From the sequence record DRR723986_6745: a DNA stretch of 64,000 nucleotides, one strand, 5' to 3'. This document shows positions 9,192 through 18,393 of the stretch, piece after piece (position 1 is the stretch's first letter; the number at the start of each line of letters is the position of its first letter). The position numbers were made by a program, and so were the translations under genes. Under the pieces are notes generated by a model that had not been told where the DNA came from, did no database searches, and saw only the letters and a list, made by a program, of their open reading frames with translations.

Positions 9192-9650
9192 ATGTTCTTG
9201 GAAATAATTATCGCCATGCTTTGGAGCATTTCTCCATTTGGAGAGGCGAAACTAGGTATTCCTTACGCGTTACTAAATGATATAAATATCTATTTAGCTT
9301 TTGCACTTTGCTTTGTTGCAAATGTGTTGGTATTCCCTGTTATGTCATTTTTTTTGGACGTAGTTAATCGTTATTTCTTGCGATGGTATCATTACAAGAA
9401 GGCGGCAATTTTTGTAGGGCGTAGAGCAAAAGCGGGTGCTGGTAAAAATGTCCAAAAATATGGGTTTTGGGGTCTTATGTTTTTTGTTTTGCTTCCAATT
9501 CCGGGCACTGGAGTCTATGCCGGTACTATCGCAGGTTATCTTTTCGGGATGGATAAGAAAAAGGCTTTTTTGGCAAATACCATAGGTATTTTTATCTCCT
9601 GTGTTATTGTGTGGGTGACTACTGTTATAGCTATCGGAGGGTTTAAATAA
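9192..9650 (+). CDS. COG2426 small multidrug export-family membrane protein
   Basis: SPFGEAK.GIP and GL.FFV.LP.PGTGVYAG motifs. Confidence 0.85.
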   Translation: MFLEIIIAMLWSISPFGEAKLGIPYALLNDINIYLAFALCFVANVLVFPVMSFFLDVVNRYFLRWYHYKKAAIFVGRRAKAGAGKNVQKYGFWGLMFFVLLPIPGTGVYAGTIAGYLFGMDKKKAFLANTIGIFISCVIVWVTTVIAIGGFK

Positions 9651-9753
9651 TTTCAATTGGTAAGCATAGGAAACCGTATTTGTTGCCAACAATTTTAGTG
9701 GATTACATTTGGTGCAGGGTGTTTGAACTACCCTCAGTGCGGTAAATTTATAC

Positions 9754-9852
9754 TACAGATCCTGCCCTTGGCACTCTGAGCTCGTTGACTCATTTTCTTT
9801 CACCCAGAATTGCATTCTCGGCTTCTACTTGGTTCGCCTTTGGCAAGATGAG
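9754..9852 (+). repeat. Tri-hairpin REP-like unit, copy 1
   Basis: TACAGATCCTGCCCTTGGCACTC...CCCAGAATTGCATTCTCGGCT...GCCTTTGGCAAGATGAG aligns to the reverse complement of 14291-14390. Confidence 0.8.
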
Positions 9853-9863
9853 AAATCCCAATT

Positions 9864-9898
9864 AAAAAAGGCTGAACCCTTTAGAATTCAGCCCTTTT
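9864..9898. terminator. Bidirectional intrinsic terminator
   Basis: AAAAAAGGCTGAA-ccctttagaa-TTCAGCCCTTTT between convergent genes. Confidence 0.75.
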
Positions 9899-9920
9899 GC
9901 TATTAAGATAACTTCAAAAT

Positions 9921-10754
9921 CTATTCTTTAGTCGTTTCAATTACTCCCCGAAAATACCCTATGGATTCGGCAATCCCCATAAATGGATTGTTCTGATTTC
10001 TCTCATGCTCCAGACTGCATACGCCTGTGTAACCAACTTTTCTGATCATTCTTACCATTGCAGGAAAGTCGATGACCCCACGTCCTACTTCGAGTGAATA
10101 TCCCTCTTTGGTAGGGGCTGTTACATCTTTAATGTGCATATCGAATACGCGGGTGTGGTATTTTTCCATATCGGCTACTGGGTCCTTTCCATTTCTTGTG
10201 TCGTGGCCAATGTCCAGACACATGCCAATTCTAGGATCTAGATCTTTGGTGTGGTTCCAAACATCGTCGGCATCCTGATAAATTTTAATATCCGGCCCGT
10301 GCAAATGAATGGCGAATTTGAAATCATACTCCTTCACCTTTTTATCAACGTAAGGAAGCAGCTCCACATTGGGAACGCCCACGATCAGTTTTACCCCAAC
10401 TCTTTTGGCATAATCAAAGGCCCTGTCAACTTCGGCCTCAGATTTCATGTAGATCGGACCAACAGCATATCCTGTGATATCATTGGCTTTCAGTTTTTCA
10501 TGAAAAGCAGCAATTTCATCATCTGTGCTTGTCATTGGCAAATGAAAATCCTTGATGCAGAGATAATGAACATCCAAGGCTTTCAATGTTTCGAGTGTCT
10601 TGTCCAGATCAAACTTCACAAAGGTGTAGCCTGCAATTCCAACTTTGAATGTTTCGCCTGTTTCAGGCGGTAGCTGTGGTCCAGGCCTACTGTCCTGTGC
10701 TTTGCAAACCATCAGGGAGAAGGCGAGTAAAAGAGTTAATAGAGTTGATTTCAT
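9921..10754 (-). CDS. Sugar phosphate isomerase/epimerase (xylose isomerase-like TIM barrel), exported
   Basis: AIHLHGP, CLDIGH, HIKD, GRGVIDF and SLEHE metal motifs; signal peptide from MKSTLL. Confidence 0.85.
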   Translation of the reverse strand: MKSTLLTLLLAFSLMVCKAQDSRPGPQLPPETGETFKVGIAGYTFVKFDLDKTLETLKALDVHYLCIKDFHLPMTSTDDEIAAFHEKLKANDITGYAVGPIYMKSEAEVDRAFDYAKRVGVKLIVGVPNVELLPYVDKKVKEYDFKFAIHLHGPDIKIYQDADDVWNHTKDLDPRIGMCLDIGHDTRNGKDPVADMEKYHTRVFDMHIKDVTAPTKEGYSLEVGRGVIDFPAMVRMIRKVGYTGVCSLEHERNQNNPFMGIAESIGYFRGVIETTKE

Positions 10755-10926
10755 GTAAATTATTTTAGGAATTATTATTAGCCAATTTAGCAAATGCATA
10801 GCAAAGAGCGGTCTTGAGTTTTGCCAATACTACGGAATCGTTTGTTTTGGTTAGGGCGAGTGGGAATGGGTGGAAGGTGAAAAAGGTTGGGAATAACTAC
10901 AATCTACACCCAGTCCTTTTGGATGA

Positions 10927-11080
10927 ATAGATATGGCCCGTCCCACTGGGACTTTGCCAGATGATAGTGCTATCAATTTTTCCAGAGATTGAAACCGTCC
11001 CGATGGGACTGATAAATGATATTTTGTGGAATTAATGCCTTTTGGCATGACAGATCTTTTAGCCGGCCATTTCAATAGCT
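10927..11080. repeat. Cluster of short REP-like palindromes
   Basis: CCGTCCCACTGGGACT, CCGTCCCGATGGGACT, ATGCCTTTTGGCAT and AGCCGGCCATTTCAATAGCTG in an intergenic region. Confidence 0.6.
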
Positions 11081-11175
11081 GTTAAAAAAAAATCAAATAG
11101 TTGGCAAAATGTCATAGGTATGGCCGATATCAATTCTGCACCATTCAAAAATATCAGTGAGAGAGAAGGAACCAG

Positions 11176-11250
11176 AAGATTACCTGTATTCCAGTGTTAG
11201 GAATCCCGCCACGGCCAGGTACTCTGGATTGAAAGGTTTGATTGAGGTGG
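11176..11250 (+). repeat. ~75-bp dispersed repeat, copy 1
   Basis: AAGATTACCTGTATTCCAGTGTTAGGAATCCC...CAGGTACTCTGGATTGAAAGGTTTGATTGAGGTGG is a direct repeat of 14432-14509. Confidence 0.85.
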
Positions 11251-11356
11251 ACTATGGTTCTATTCAAAACAAAAAAATATACTTAGTTTAAAACTACAAC
11301 GGTTTGAGTTAATACCCAAACCGTTATAATATTTTATGGTTGACTGTTCGACCTTT

Positions 11357-12226
11357 TTAGGAAGCATACACTTTGGTCAAAAATTCCTTCGCTGTGGTAG
11401 GTTTCCTTCCCAGGATTTTTTCTAAATCCGAATTTTCAACTGTGAATTCTCCTTGTTTGATAGCTGCCGAAAATCCTGCAAACATCCCTATATATTCTGA
11501 GGGAACATTTGCTTTAGTTAAGGTTTCCACATAGACCTCTTGGCTCGGACTGTGGTATGGGATCTCTTTTCCAACGACTTCACTAATGATTTCAGCCATT
11601 TCCGGAATAGATACATTTTCGCTGTTGCTAAAATCGTAGGTTTTGTTTTCGTGCCCTTCGGTCATTAAAATATTAGCGGTAGCTTCTGCCATATCCACTC
11701 TTAGTGCAAAGGCAGCTTTGGTGTCTCCTGCTGGTAAAAATATACCTGATTCCACTACTTTATCACCAAAAAACATAGGTAGCATATCCATATACAAACT
11801 GTTTCTCAAAATTGTATAGTCTAATCCGCTACTTTTTAAACAATTTTCGGTTGCAATATGAGTGGCAGAAACAAAAGTGATAGGAGATGTTTCAGTTTCG
11901 TTTTTACGCTCAAAACTCGTGTAGATGATGTGGTTGACACCAGCCTCTTTCGCAGCATTCACGGCGTTTTGATGTTGCTTGTCACGGTTTACCATGTCAG
12001 AACCTGAAATCAGAAGTAATTTGTCAATACCTTCAAAAGCCTCAACTAATTGTGTGTAATTGTCATAATCACCGACTCTGACAGCAATTCCTTTTTCTTT
12101 TAAATCGGAAGCCTTTTCTTCATTCCTTACTAATGCAACGATGTTTGAGGAAGAGAAACCTTTTTGAAGTAAGAAATCGATGGTTGATTTACCGTAATTT
12201 CCTGTTGCGCCTGTTATTAAAACCAT
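11357..12226 (-). CDS. NmrA/atypical SDR NAD(P)H-dependent oxidoreductase (YtfG/QorB-like)
   Basis: VLITGATGNYG Rossmann motif, H..TE..L..SGLDYTILRN, LGRKPTT. Confidence 0.9.
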   Translation of the reverse strand: MVLITGATGNYGKSTIDFLLQKGFSSSNIVALVRNEEKASDLKEKGIAVRVGDYDNYTQLVEAFEGIDKLLLISGSDMVNRDKQHQNAVNAAKEAGVNHIIYTSFERKNETETSPITFVSATHIATENCLKSSGLDYTILRNSLYMDMLPMFFGDKVVESGIFLPAGDTKAAFALRVDMAEATANILMTEGHENKTYDFSNSENVSIPEMAEIISEVVGKEIPYHSPSQEVYVETLTKANVPSEYIGMFAGFSAAIKQGEFTVENSDLEKILGRKPTTAKEFLTKVYAS

Positions 12227-12252
12227 AATGAATTTGTTTTGATTAAACTGTC

Positions 12253-12657
12253 TTATTTGGAAGTGATAGCGGCTTTCTTCGTTCTGCCCCAAGCTACAAA
12301 AACAGCAAGTGCAAGGAAGAATATGTTCATGCCGATAAGTGATGCTTCGCCTCTGGATATATGAAAAATGCTGGCAGCTATCATTAATACAATGACTCCG
12401 TAGGCTGCTAAAACGGTTAGTTTTGGCTGTATTCTTAAAGCCGCCGGTAAAACGATACCTATGCCGCCAAGTAAATCAATGATACCCGTGAATTTTAATA
12501 ACCCAGGATTATCAAGTGCCCAAGGCAACATTTCGGCGGTTTGTTCAATTGGTTGAAATAATTTGGTGAAACCTGCCCAAATTAAGGTTAGAGAAATTAA
12601 CCCTTGAGCTACCCATAAAGCAATGGTTAGCCCTTTTGATTTTGCTGTTGTTGTCAT
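12253..12657 (-). CDS. DoxX-family membrane protein
   Basis: ALWVAQGL...AG.TKL...G..DLLGG.G..LP...A..FH..RGE. Confidence 0.85.
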   Translation of the reverse strand: MTTTAKSKGLTIALWVAQGLISLTLIWAGFTKLFQPIEQTAEMLPWALDNPGLLKFTGIIDLLGGIGIVLPAALRIQPKLTVLAAYGVIVLMIAASIFHISRGEASLIGMNIFFLALAVFVAWGRTKKAAITSK

Positions 12658-12714
12658 TTTTATCTTTTAATTGTTTTTACACAACAAAGGTGGGTACAAT
12701 AAAAAAGATAAAAA

Positions 12715-12728
12715 TTAAGGTATCTTAA
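12715..12728. promoter_or_regulatory. Putative Crp/Fnr operator for doxX-nmrA
   Basis: Perfect TTAAG-N4-CTTAA palindrome (Fnr-box geometry) between the Crp/Fnr gene stop and doxX, upstream of a CACCTTTG -7-like box on the minus strand. Confidence 0.55.
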
Positions 12729-12732
12729 GAAA

Positions 12733-13251
12733 TCACTTTTGGGCTAATTTTCGCCTCACATCGCTTAAATATTCGGGCGTCATTCCTAGATAGGAAGCGA
12801 TTAGTTTAAGTGGAAGTCTTTGAATCAGTGTGGGGTAGGTTTCTATGAAATCCATATACCGCTCTTCGGCGGTGGCACTTAATAAGTTAATTAAGCGCTT
12901 ATTGGTTGTAATTAAATTATTGACTAGTTTTTTATTTTGTTCAAGCAAATCACCATGATCCAACTGACTTATATCGTTGTAAGTTGAGGAAGTAAGAAAT
13001 GCCACCTCACTGTCTTCAATCGCATCTATGAATATATTGGAAGGCTTTTGGTTCATGAAACTGTCCATATCGGTCATTATCCAGTCCTCAGAGGCAAAGT
13101 GTAGAATGTGTTCTTTTCCTGATTTATCGATTACATAGCTTTTTAAACAACCTTTAATTACCTTATAAACGGATCTGCAAGAATCTCCTTTGGACAGGAG
13201 AATTGTTCCTTTAGGTATTTTTTTAGTCTGTAAATTGTCAAATAGCTTCAT
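12733..13251 (-). CDS. Crp/Fnr-family transcriptional regulator
   Basis: cNMP-binding domain (GCLKSYVID..GKEHI..FA.E) and C-terminal HTH (IASYLGMTPEYLS). Confidence 0.9.
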   Translation of the reverse strand: MKLFDNLQTKKIPKGTILLSKGDSCRSVYKVIKGCLKSYVIDKSGKEHILHFASEDWIMTDMDSFMNQKPSNIFIDAIEDSEVAFLTSSTYNDISQLDHGDLLEQNKKLVNNLITTNKRLINLLSATAEERYMDFIETYPTLIQRLPLKLIASYLGMTPEYLSDVRRKLAQK

Positions 13252-13661
13252 TTATAATGATATGATTTAAAATGTTGGCTTATGCTTGAAAGCCAATTTT
13301 CTTATCACCAAATCCGATTGGCTTATTGCGATTATCCCCATATAGACCAATGGCTTTTTGGTTGTTTCGAAAGCCAAATTAAGAATTTCGACAATGATTA
13401 TCTTCGGGTTTTGGGTAGTTCCAGAATTATTTTTGTTTTTAATCCCAGGAATTCCGGGGCCCAATTACTAGGATTTTATTTATCGTCCAATTTCTGGATT
13501 GAAGATTTGTGTTGCAATGACACATGAAAAAGCTGAAAGACCAGAGTCGTGATCCTGATAAGGTTTCTTTTCCAGGTAGGAATATTTATTGATGTTAATA
13601 CTGCATAATGATTTGGGCGTAGGTACAAACTTTACTCAGACCAGTGCTAAAAGGTGGGTTT

Positions 13662-14018
13662 CTAATCATTTTGCAATGTTAGAAAGTTAAGTAAAATGTG
13701 TTTTTTTGAGTTGACTGTTAAAGTGTCAGAACCGGAGTTTTTTTGAAGTTCATCCCCTATAATAAAGTTCCCTTGGAGTTCATCTCCCATAGATGGAGCC
13801 GAAATTATTTGGTTCGTCAAAACGATTAAATAGTCTCCGTGATTATATAAACTGAAAAGGACTCTTCCTTTGATTTCCGTATCGCGTTGGAGTTGAGTTC
13901 CGGTTATAAAAAGGACCATGATAAGAATGAAGATCCCTACAAAAGTAATCATGATGACTCTACTTCCGCGCCTTTTAATCTTCTCCTTCCTTTCTTCAGT
14001 TTCTTGATTTAGATACAT
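13662..14018 (-). CDS. Hypothetical single-TM protein
   Basis: 118-aa ORF with ATG start and one hydrophobic segment; no recognisable motif. Confidence 0.5.
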   Translation of the reverse strand: MYLNQETEERKEKIKRRGSRVIMITFVGIFILIMVLFITGTQLQRDTEIKGRVLFSLYNHGDYLIVLTNQIISAPSMGDELQGNFIIGDELQKNSGSDTLTVNSKKHILLNFLTLQND

Positions 14019-14171
14019 TCTACTCGAAAAGATTAGATAGTGATATTAATTAAGGAGAGCTTGCAATTTCTCCCAAATATAAAGATCAATTGCAAATTGA
14101 TTAGAATAATAAAGCGTAGTTACAAACTACGCTTAGATAACGATCTGACTACACCCAAGAAGGGCATTTAA

Positions 14172-14390
14172 TACAGATCGTGCCTTTGGCACTCAGCAGC
14201 CCAACTTCAATTAAACCTACCCTGAATTTTGCTTCGCTTCATTCAGGGCTGTTACCGAATGTGCCCTTGGCACAAAAAACTTTACTTTTTACTCATCTTG
14301 CCAAAGGCAAGACCTGTAAAAGCCCAGAATTCAATTCTGGGATATATAGGTAAGAATGTAAAGCTATGAGTGCCAAAGGCACGATCCGTA
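14172..14390. repeat. Inverted pair of tri-hairpin REP-like units (copies 2 and 3; REPIN-like)
   Basis: 14172-14273 (+) begins TACAGATCGTGCCTTTGGCACTC; 14291-14390 is the reverse copy ending GAGTGCCAAAGGCACGATCCGTA. Confidence 0.85.
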
Positions 14391-14431
14391 ATTGACTTTC
14401 GCTGATCGGGCGGGAATTGCAGAAAAGCCGA

Positions 14432-14509
14432 AAGATTATCTGAATTCCAGTGCTAGGAATCCCACCATGGTGGGCAGGTACTCAGGAATGAAAGGTCTGA
14501 TTGATGTGG
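14432..14509 (+). repeat. ~75-bp dispersed repeat, copy 2
   Basis: AAGATTATCTGAATTCCAGTGCTAGGAATCCC...CAGGTACTCAGGAATGAAAGGTCTGATTGATGTGG. Confidence 0.85.
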
Positions 14510-14533
14510 CTTATTTTTAATAGCTTATATGAT

Positions 14534-14571
14534 AAAAAAAATATCCCTCAGATTGCTCTAAGGGATATTTT
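14534..14571 (-). terminator. purL intrinsic terminator
   Basis: AAAAAAAATATCCCT...AGGGATATTTT hairpin; the A-run gives the U-tail on the minus strand. Confidence 0.75.
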
Positions 14572-14585
14572 GTTGTTTGAGGTTC

Positions 14586-14667
14586 TGAATTTTTCAATCT
14601 TCAAATCTTTCAATTTTCCAATCAGAATAATATCGAATGCTGAACGTCGAATGATGAATATCGAAGT
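14586..14667. repeat. 8-nt and 7-nt periodic arrays abutting the purL stop codon
   Basis: TTTTCAAT CTTCAAAT CTTTCAAT TTTCCAAT, then ATCGAAT GCTGAAC GTCGAAT GATGAAT ATCGAAG. Confidence 0.75.
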
Positions 14668-17600
14668 TTAAGAAGTGTGATTTTCAACCCAAAGGCGTGC
14701 ATTCACAAAAGCCTCCATCCATGGTGTAAAGTCATCCTTTCTATCAGCAGGATAGTGAGCCCAGTTCCAAGGCTTCAGACTTCGCTCTATATGTGGCATA
14801 ATCGCCAAGTGACGACCGTCGGCGGAAGCGATACCTGCAGTAGCATGATCGGAACCGTTTGGATTGCCTGGATAAGCTTCGTAGCTGTATTTCATTGCGA
14901 AGTTGTAGTCGCTTGCGGATTGAGGAAGTGCAAACTTGCCTTCTCCGTGTGCTACCCATACGCCTAGTCTCTGTCCGCTAAGTGAGCCTAGCATCACAGA
15001 TTCGTTTTGTGGGATGGTTACGTTCACGAAAGTAGATTCAAACTTATGGGATGCATTGTGTAGCATCTTTGGTTTGTCGGCATGATCAGGAGTGACCAAG
15101 CCAAGTTCTACCATCAGTTGGCAACCGTTACATACGCCCAAACTCAAGGTGTCAGGTCTAGCGTAGAAGTTGTCCAGCGCTTGCTTAGCCTTAGGATTGT
15201 AAAGGAAGGCACCTGCCCAGCCTTTGGCCGAACCCAGTACATCGGAGTTGGAGAATCCACCCACAAAGACGATCATCTGTACATCTTCCAGGTTTTCGCG
15301 GCCTGCAATCAGATCGGTCATGTGAATGTCTTTCACCTCGAATCCTGCCAACCAAAGTGAGTAAGCCATCTCACGATCGCCGTTCACACCTTTTTCACGT
15401 ATAATCGCTGCTTTCGCCTTGCCTTTGGTAGTGCGGAAAGGATCTAGTCCAGCAGTTGCGAAACTGCCTTTCCAGCCTTCTGCAAACTCAAATGCAAGCG
15501 GCTGATTTTTATAATTGTCAAAGCGGTCTTTCGCTAGTTGCTCTCCGCTTTGCTTTCTGTCTAATAAGTAAGAAGATCTGAACCATACATCACGAAGCTC
15601 AGCGATGTCCAGTGTCAGGTCTTTTCCTGCAAACTCAATGTTTCCAGAATCAGTCACTTTTGCAAGTTCCACATAATCAATGTCAGCTTCCACCAACAAG
15701 GTTTCCACAGCATGGTCATCGGCCACCTGAATCAGGATTCCCGGATTCTCGGCAAATAGCGCTTTCACCATGTCAGCCTCATGTAGGCGATTCAGTTTTA
15801 CTTTCAACCCAATATTTTGCACCGGGAAGCACATTTCCAACAGGGCTGTTACCAATCCACCTGAAGAGATGTCGTGTCCTGCCAGGATCCAAGTTTGATC
15901 GATCAGGTCCTGAACTGCGGTAAATGCCTTCGCGAAATATCTAGGGTTCTTGACGTCTGGAGTTTCTGTTCCGACCTTGTTCAAGGCCTGATAGAAGCTT
16001 GAGCCAGCCAGTTTGAAGTCGTCCTTAGAGAAGTCTATGTAGAGGATTCTACTTCCTTTGATAGGTTTCAAGGCAGTTTTCACGGTTTTCTGTACATCAG
16101 AGCATTCACCCACGGAGGAGATAATCACTGTTCCCGGGGAGTAAACCGTTTTTCCGTCAGGATATTTCTGAGTCATGGAAAGGGAATCCTTTCCTGTAGG
16201 AATGTTCACGCCCAGATCAATCGCAAACTTGGATACGGCCTCAACTGCTCTATATAGTCTATCGTTTTCGCCTTTGTTTTTGGCTGGCCACATCCAGTTG
16301 GCAGAAAGGGAAATCCCCTGCAAGCCATCCTGAATATGCGCAAAAATCAAGTTGGTCATCGCCTCAGCAATCGCTAATCGGCTACCTGCTTCCGGATCTG
16401 CCAAAGCTGCCACTGGCGCATGACCGATGGAAGTTGCGATTCCTTTGTTTCCCGTGAAATCAAGCGCCATCACAGCCACGTCATTCAGCGGAAGTTGAAT
16501 CTCACCGACGGTCTGCTGCGTAGCCACACGACCTGTCACGGATCTATCTACTTTATTTGTCAACCAATCCTTACATGCTACCGCTTCCAGCTGGAGTACT
16601 TCGCGTACATAGGCTTGGATCAGGTCAGCTTCATAGCTTGCTTCCGCAAAAGTTGAGTTGGTCGTATCGTCTTCCAAAATGGTTTTAGGAGATGAACCGA
16701 ACATGTAGCTCAGGTTCCAGTCCACCGGCTTCTCTCCGGTTTTGCCATTTTCGAATTTGAAATGCATATCTCCGGTCGTCTCGCCCACCACATAGAATGG
16801 CGCGCGCTCACGGTCAGAGATCTGATGTAAGGTATCTACGTCCTTTTTGCCAATCACCAATCCCATACGTTCCTGGGATTCGTTTCCGATGATTTCCTTA
16901 GCAGAAAGGGTAGGATCTCCCACCGGAAGTTGGTCGATGTGGATTGTTCCTCCGGCATCTTCCACCAATTCAGAAAGGCAGTTCAAATGTCCACCAGCTC
17001 CGTGATCGTGGATTGAAATGATTGGGTTGTCTTCGCTCTCAGCCATGGCGCGTATCACATTGGAAACACGCTTTTGCATTTCAGGATTGGAACGCTGAAT
17101 TGCATTTAGCTCGATTGCGTTGGAAAGTTCTCCGGTGTTCAGGGAAGAAACAGCCGAACCGCCCATTCCGATTCTATAATTGTCGCCGCCCATGATCACA
17201 ATCTGATCACCAGCTTTTGGAGCGTCTTTTTTGGTGTATTTGGCATTGGTGAATCCCACGCCACCAGCCAGCATGATTACTTTATCAAAACCGTGGTGCT
17301 TGCCGTCCTCTTCATGCTCGAAAGTCAAAAGGGATCCGGAGATCAGGGGTTGACCAAATTTGTTTCCGAAATCAGAAGCTCCGTTGGAAGCTTTGATCAG
17401 GATATCCATAGGCGTTTGGTACAGCCAAGGACGTTCTTCCAACTTGCTTTCCCAAGATCTTCCTTTCTCGGAACGAGGATAAGAAGTCATATAAACTGCC
17501 GTTCCTGCCAAAGGAATTGAGGCAGTTCCGCCAGCCATACGGTCTCTGATTTCTCCACCGGCACCAGTGGCCGCTCCGTTGAATGGCTCCACGGTAGTTG

Positions 17601-18351
17601 GGAAGTTGTGTGTTTCAGCTTTCAGGGAAATCACCGTATCGATATCACGGGTTTCGAAGAAGTCCGCTTGATGCGCTGTTTTCGGTGCGAATTGCTGTGC
17701 TTTTGGTCCGGCTACAAAGGCCACATTGTCCTTGTAGGCAGAAGCGATACGGTTAGGATGCGCTTTGGAAGTTTCTTTGATCAATTGAAAAAGCGTCTGT
17801 GGCTTTTCTACTCCGTCTATGATAAACGTACCGTTAAAAATCTTGTGACGGCAGTGCTCTGAGTTCACTTGGGAAAATCCGAAAACCTCAGAATCCGTCA
17901 GTGGACGCTCCAATTGCTTGGAAACATTGTCCAGGTAATCCACTTCTACCTGGCTGAGTGCCAAGCCATGCTCTTTATTATATGCAGCGATATCGTGGAT
18001 TTCTACGATCGCTTCCGGCTGCAGGTGAATATCAAAGATTTCCTGATCTATTCCCTCGTATGCTTTTTGTAGCATAGGGTCGATCTGGTCACCTTCATTC
18101 ATCGGGAAAAACTCCTCGATACGAATTACGCCTGGAACGCCCATGTTTGCAGTGATTTCCACGGCGTTAGTTGACCATGGAGTAATCATTTCCTTGCGAG
18201 GTCCTGAGTATTTTCCGGAAAGTGATGGTGTGCTGATGGCTGTAGCTCCGCCGAAAAGCCAAGTCAGCTTTTCTAGGTCTTCTGGAGCGAAAGGTTGTGG
18301 AGATTGTACAGCGTAAACGGTTTTTAGAGGGGATTCAAAGAAGAAAATCAT
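14668..18351 (-). CDS. purL: Phosphoribosylformylglycinamidine synthase (large PurL)
   Basis: NSEHCRHKIFN, KAETHNFPT, ESQERM and glutaminase LGVCNGCQ / MPH.ER motifs; 1227 aa. Confidence 0.98.
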   Translation of the reverse strand: MIFFFESPLKTVYAVQSPQPFAPEDLEKLTWLFGGATAISTPSLSGKYSGPRKEMITPWSTNAVEITANMGVPGVIRIEEFFPMNEGDQIDPMLQKAYEGIDQEIFDIHLQPEAIVEIHDIAAYNKEHGLALSQVEVDYLDNVSKQLERPLTDSEVFGFSQVNSEHCRHKIFNGTFIIDGVEKPQTLFQLIKETSKAHPNRIASAYKDNVAFVAGPKAQQFAPKTAHQADFFETRDIDTVISLKAETHNFPTTVEPFNGAATGAGGEIRDRMAGGTASIPLAGTAVYMTSYPRSEKGRSWESKLEERPWLYQTPMDILIKASNGASDFGNKFGQPLISGSLLTFEHEEDGKHHGFDKVIMLAGGVGFTNAKYTKKDAPKAGDQIVIMGGDNYRIGMGGSAVSSLNTGELSNAIELNAIQRSNPEMQKRVSNVIRAMAESEDNPIISIHDHGAGGHLNCLSELVEDAGGTIHIDQLPVGDPTLSAKEIIGNESQERMGLVIGKKDVDTLHQISDRERAPFYVVGETTGDMHFKFENGKTGEKPVDWNLSYMFGSSPKTILEDDTTNSTFAEASYEADLIQAYVREVLQLEAVACKDWLTNKVDRSVTGRVATQQTVGEIQLPLNDVAVMALDFTGNKGIATSIGHAPVAALADPEAGSRLAIAEAMTNLIFAHIQDGLQGISLSANWMWPAKNKGENDRLYRAVEAVSKFAIDLGVNIPTGKDSLSMTQKYPDGKTVYSPGTVIISSVGECSDVQKTVKTALKPIKGSRILYIDFSKDDFKLAGSSFYQALNKVGTETPDVKNPRYFAKAFTAVQDLIDQTWILAGHDISSGGLVTALLEMCFPVQNIGLKVKLNRLHEADMVKALFAENPGILIQVADDHAVETLLVEADIDYVELAKVTDSGNIEFAGKDLTLDIAELRDVWFRSSYLLDRKQSGEQLAKDRFDNYKNQPLAFEFAEGWKGSFATAGLDPFRTTKGKAKAAIIREKGVNGDREMAYSLWLAGFEVKDIHMTDLIAGRENLEDVQMIVFVGGFSNSDVLGSAKGWAGAFLYNPKAKQALDNFYARPDTLSLGVCNGCQLMVELGLVTPDHADKPKMLHNASHKFESTFVNVTIPQNESVMLGSLSGQRLGVWVAHGEGKFALPQSASDYNFAMKYSYEAYPGNPNGSDHATAGIASADGRHLAIMPHIERSLKPWNWAHYPADRKDDFTPWMEAFVNARLWVENHTS

Positions 18352-18393
18352 GTCCTTTGGCTGGTAAGATGCAAAGGTACGGAATTGAGAGGT

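Noticed and set aside
13267-13620. Short overlapping ORFs on both strands
   Set aside because: No frame gives a recognisable protein; possibly decayed sequence.
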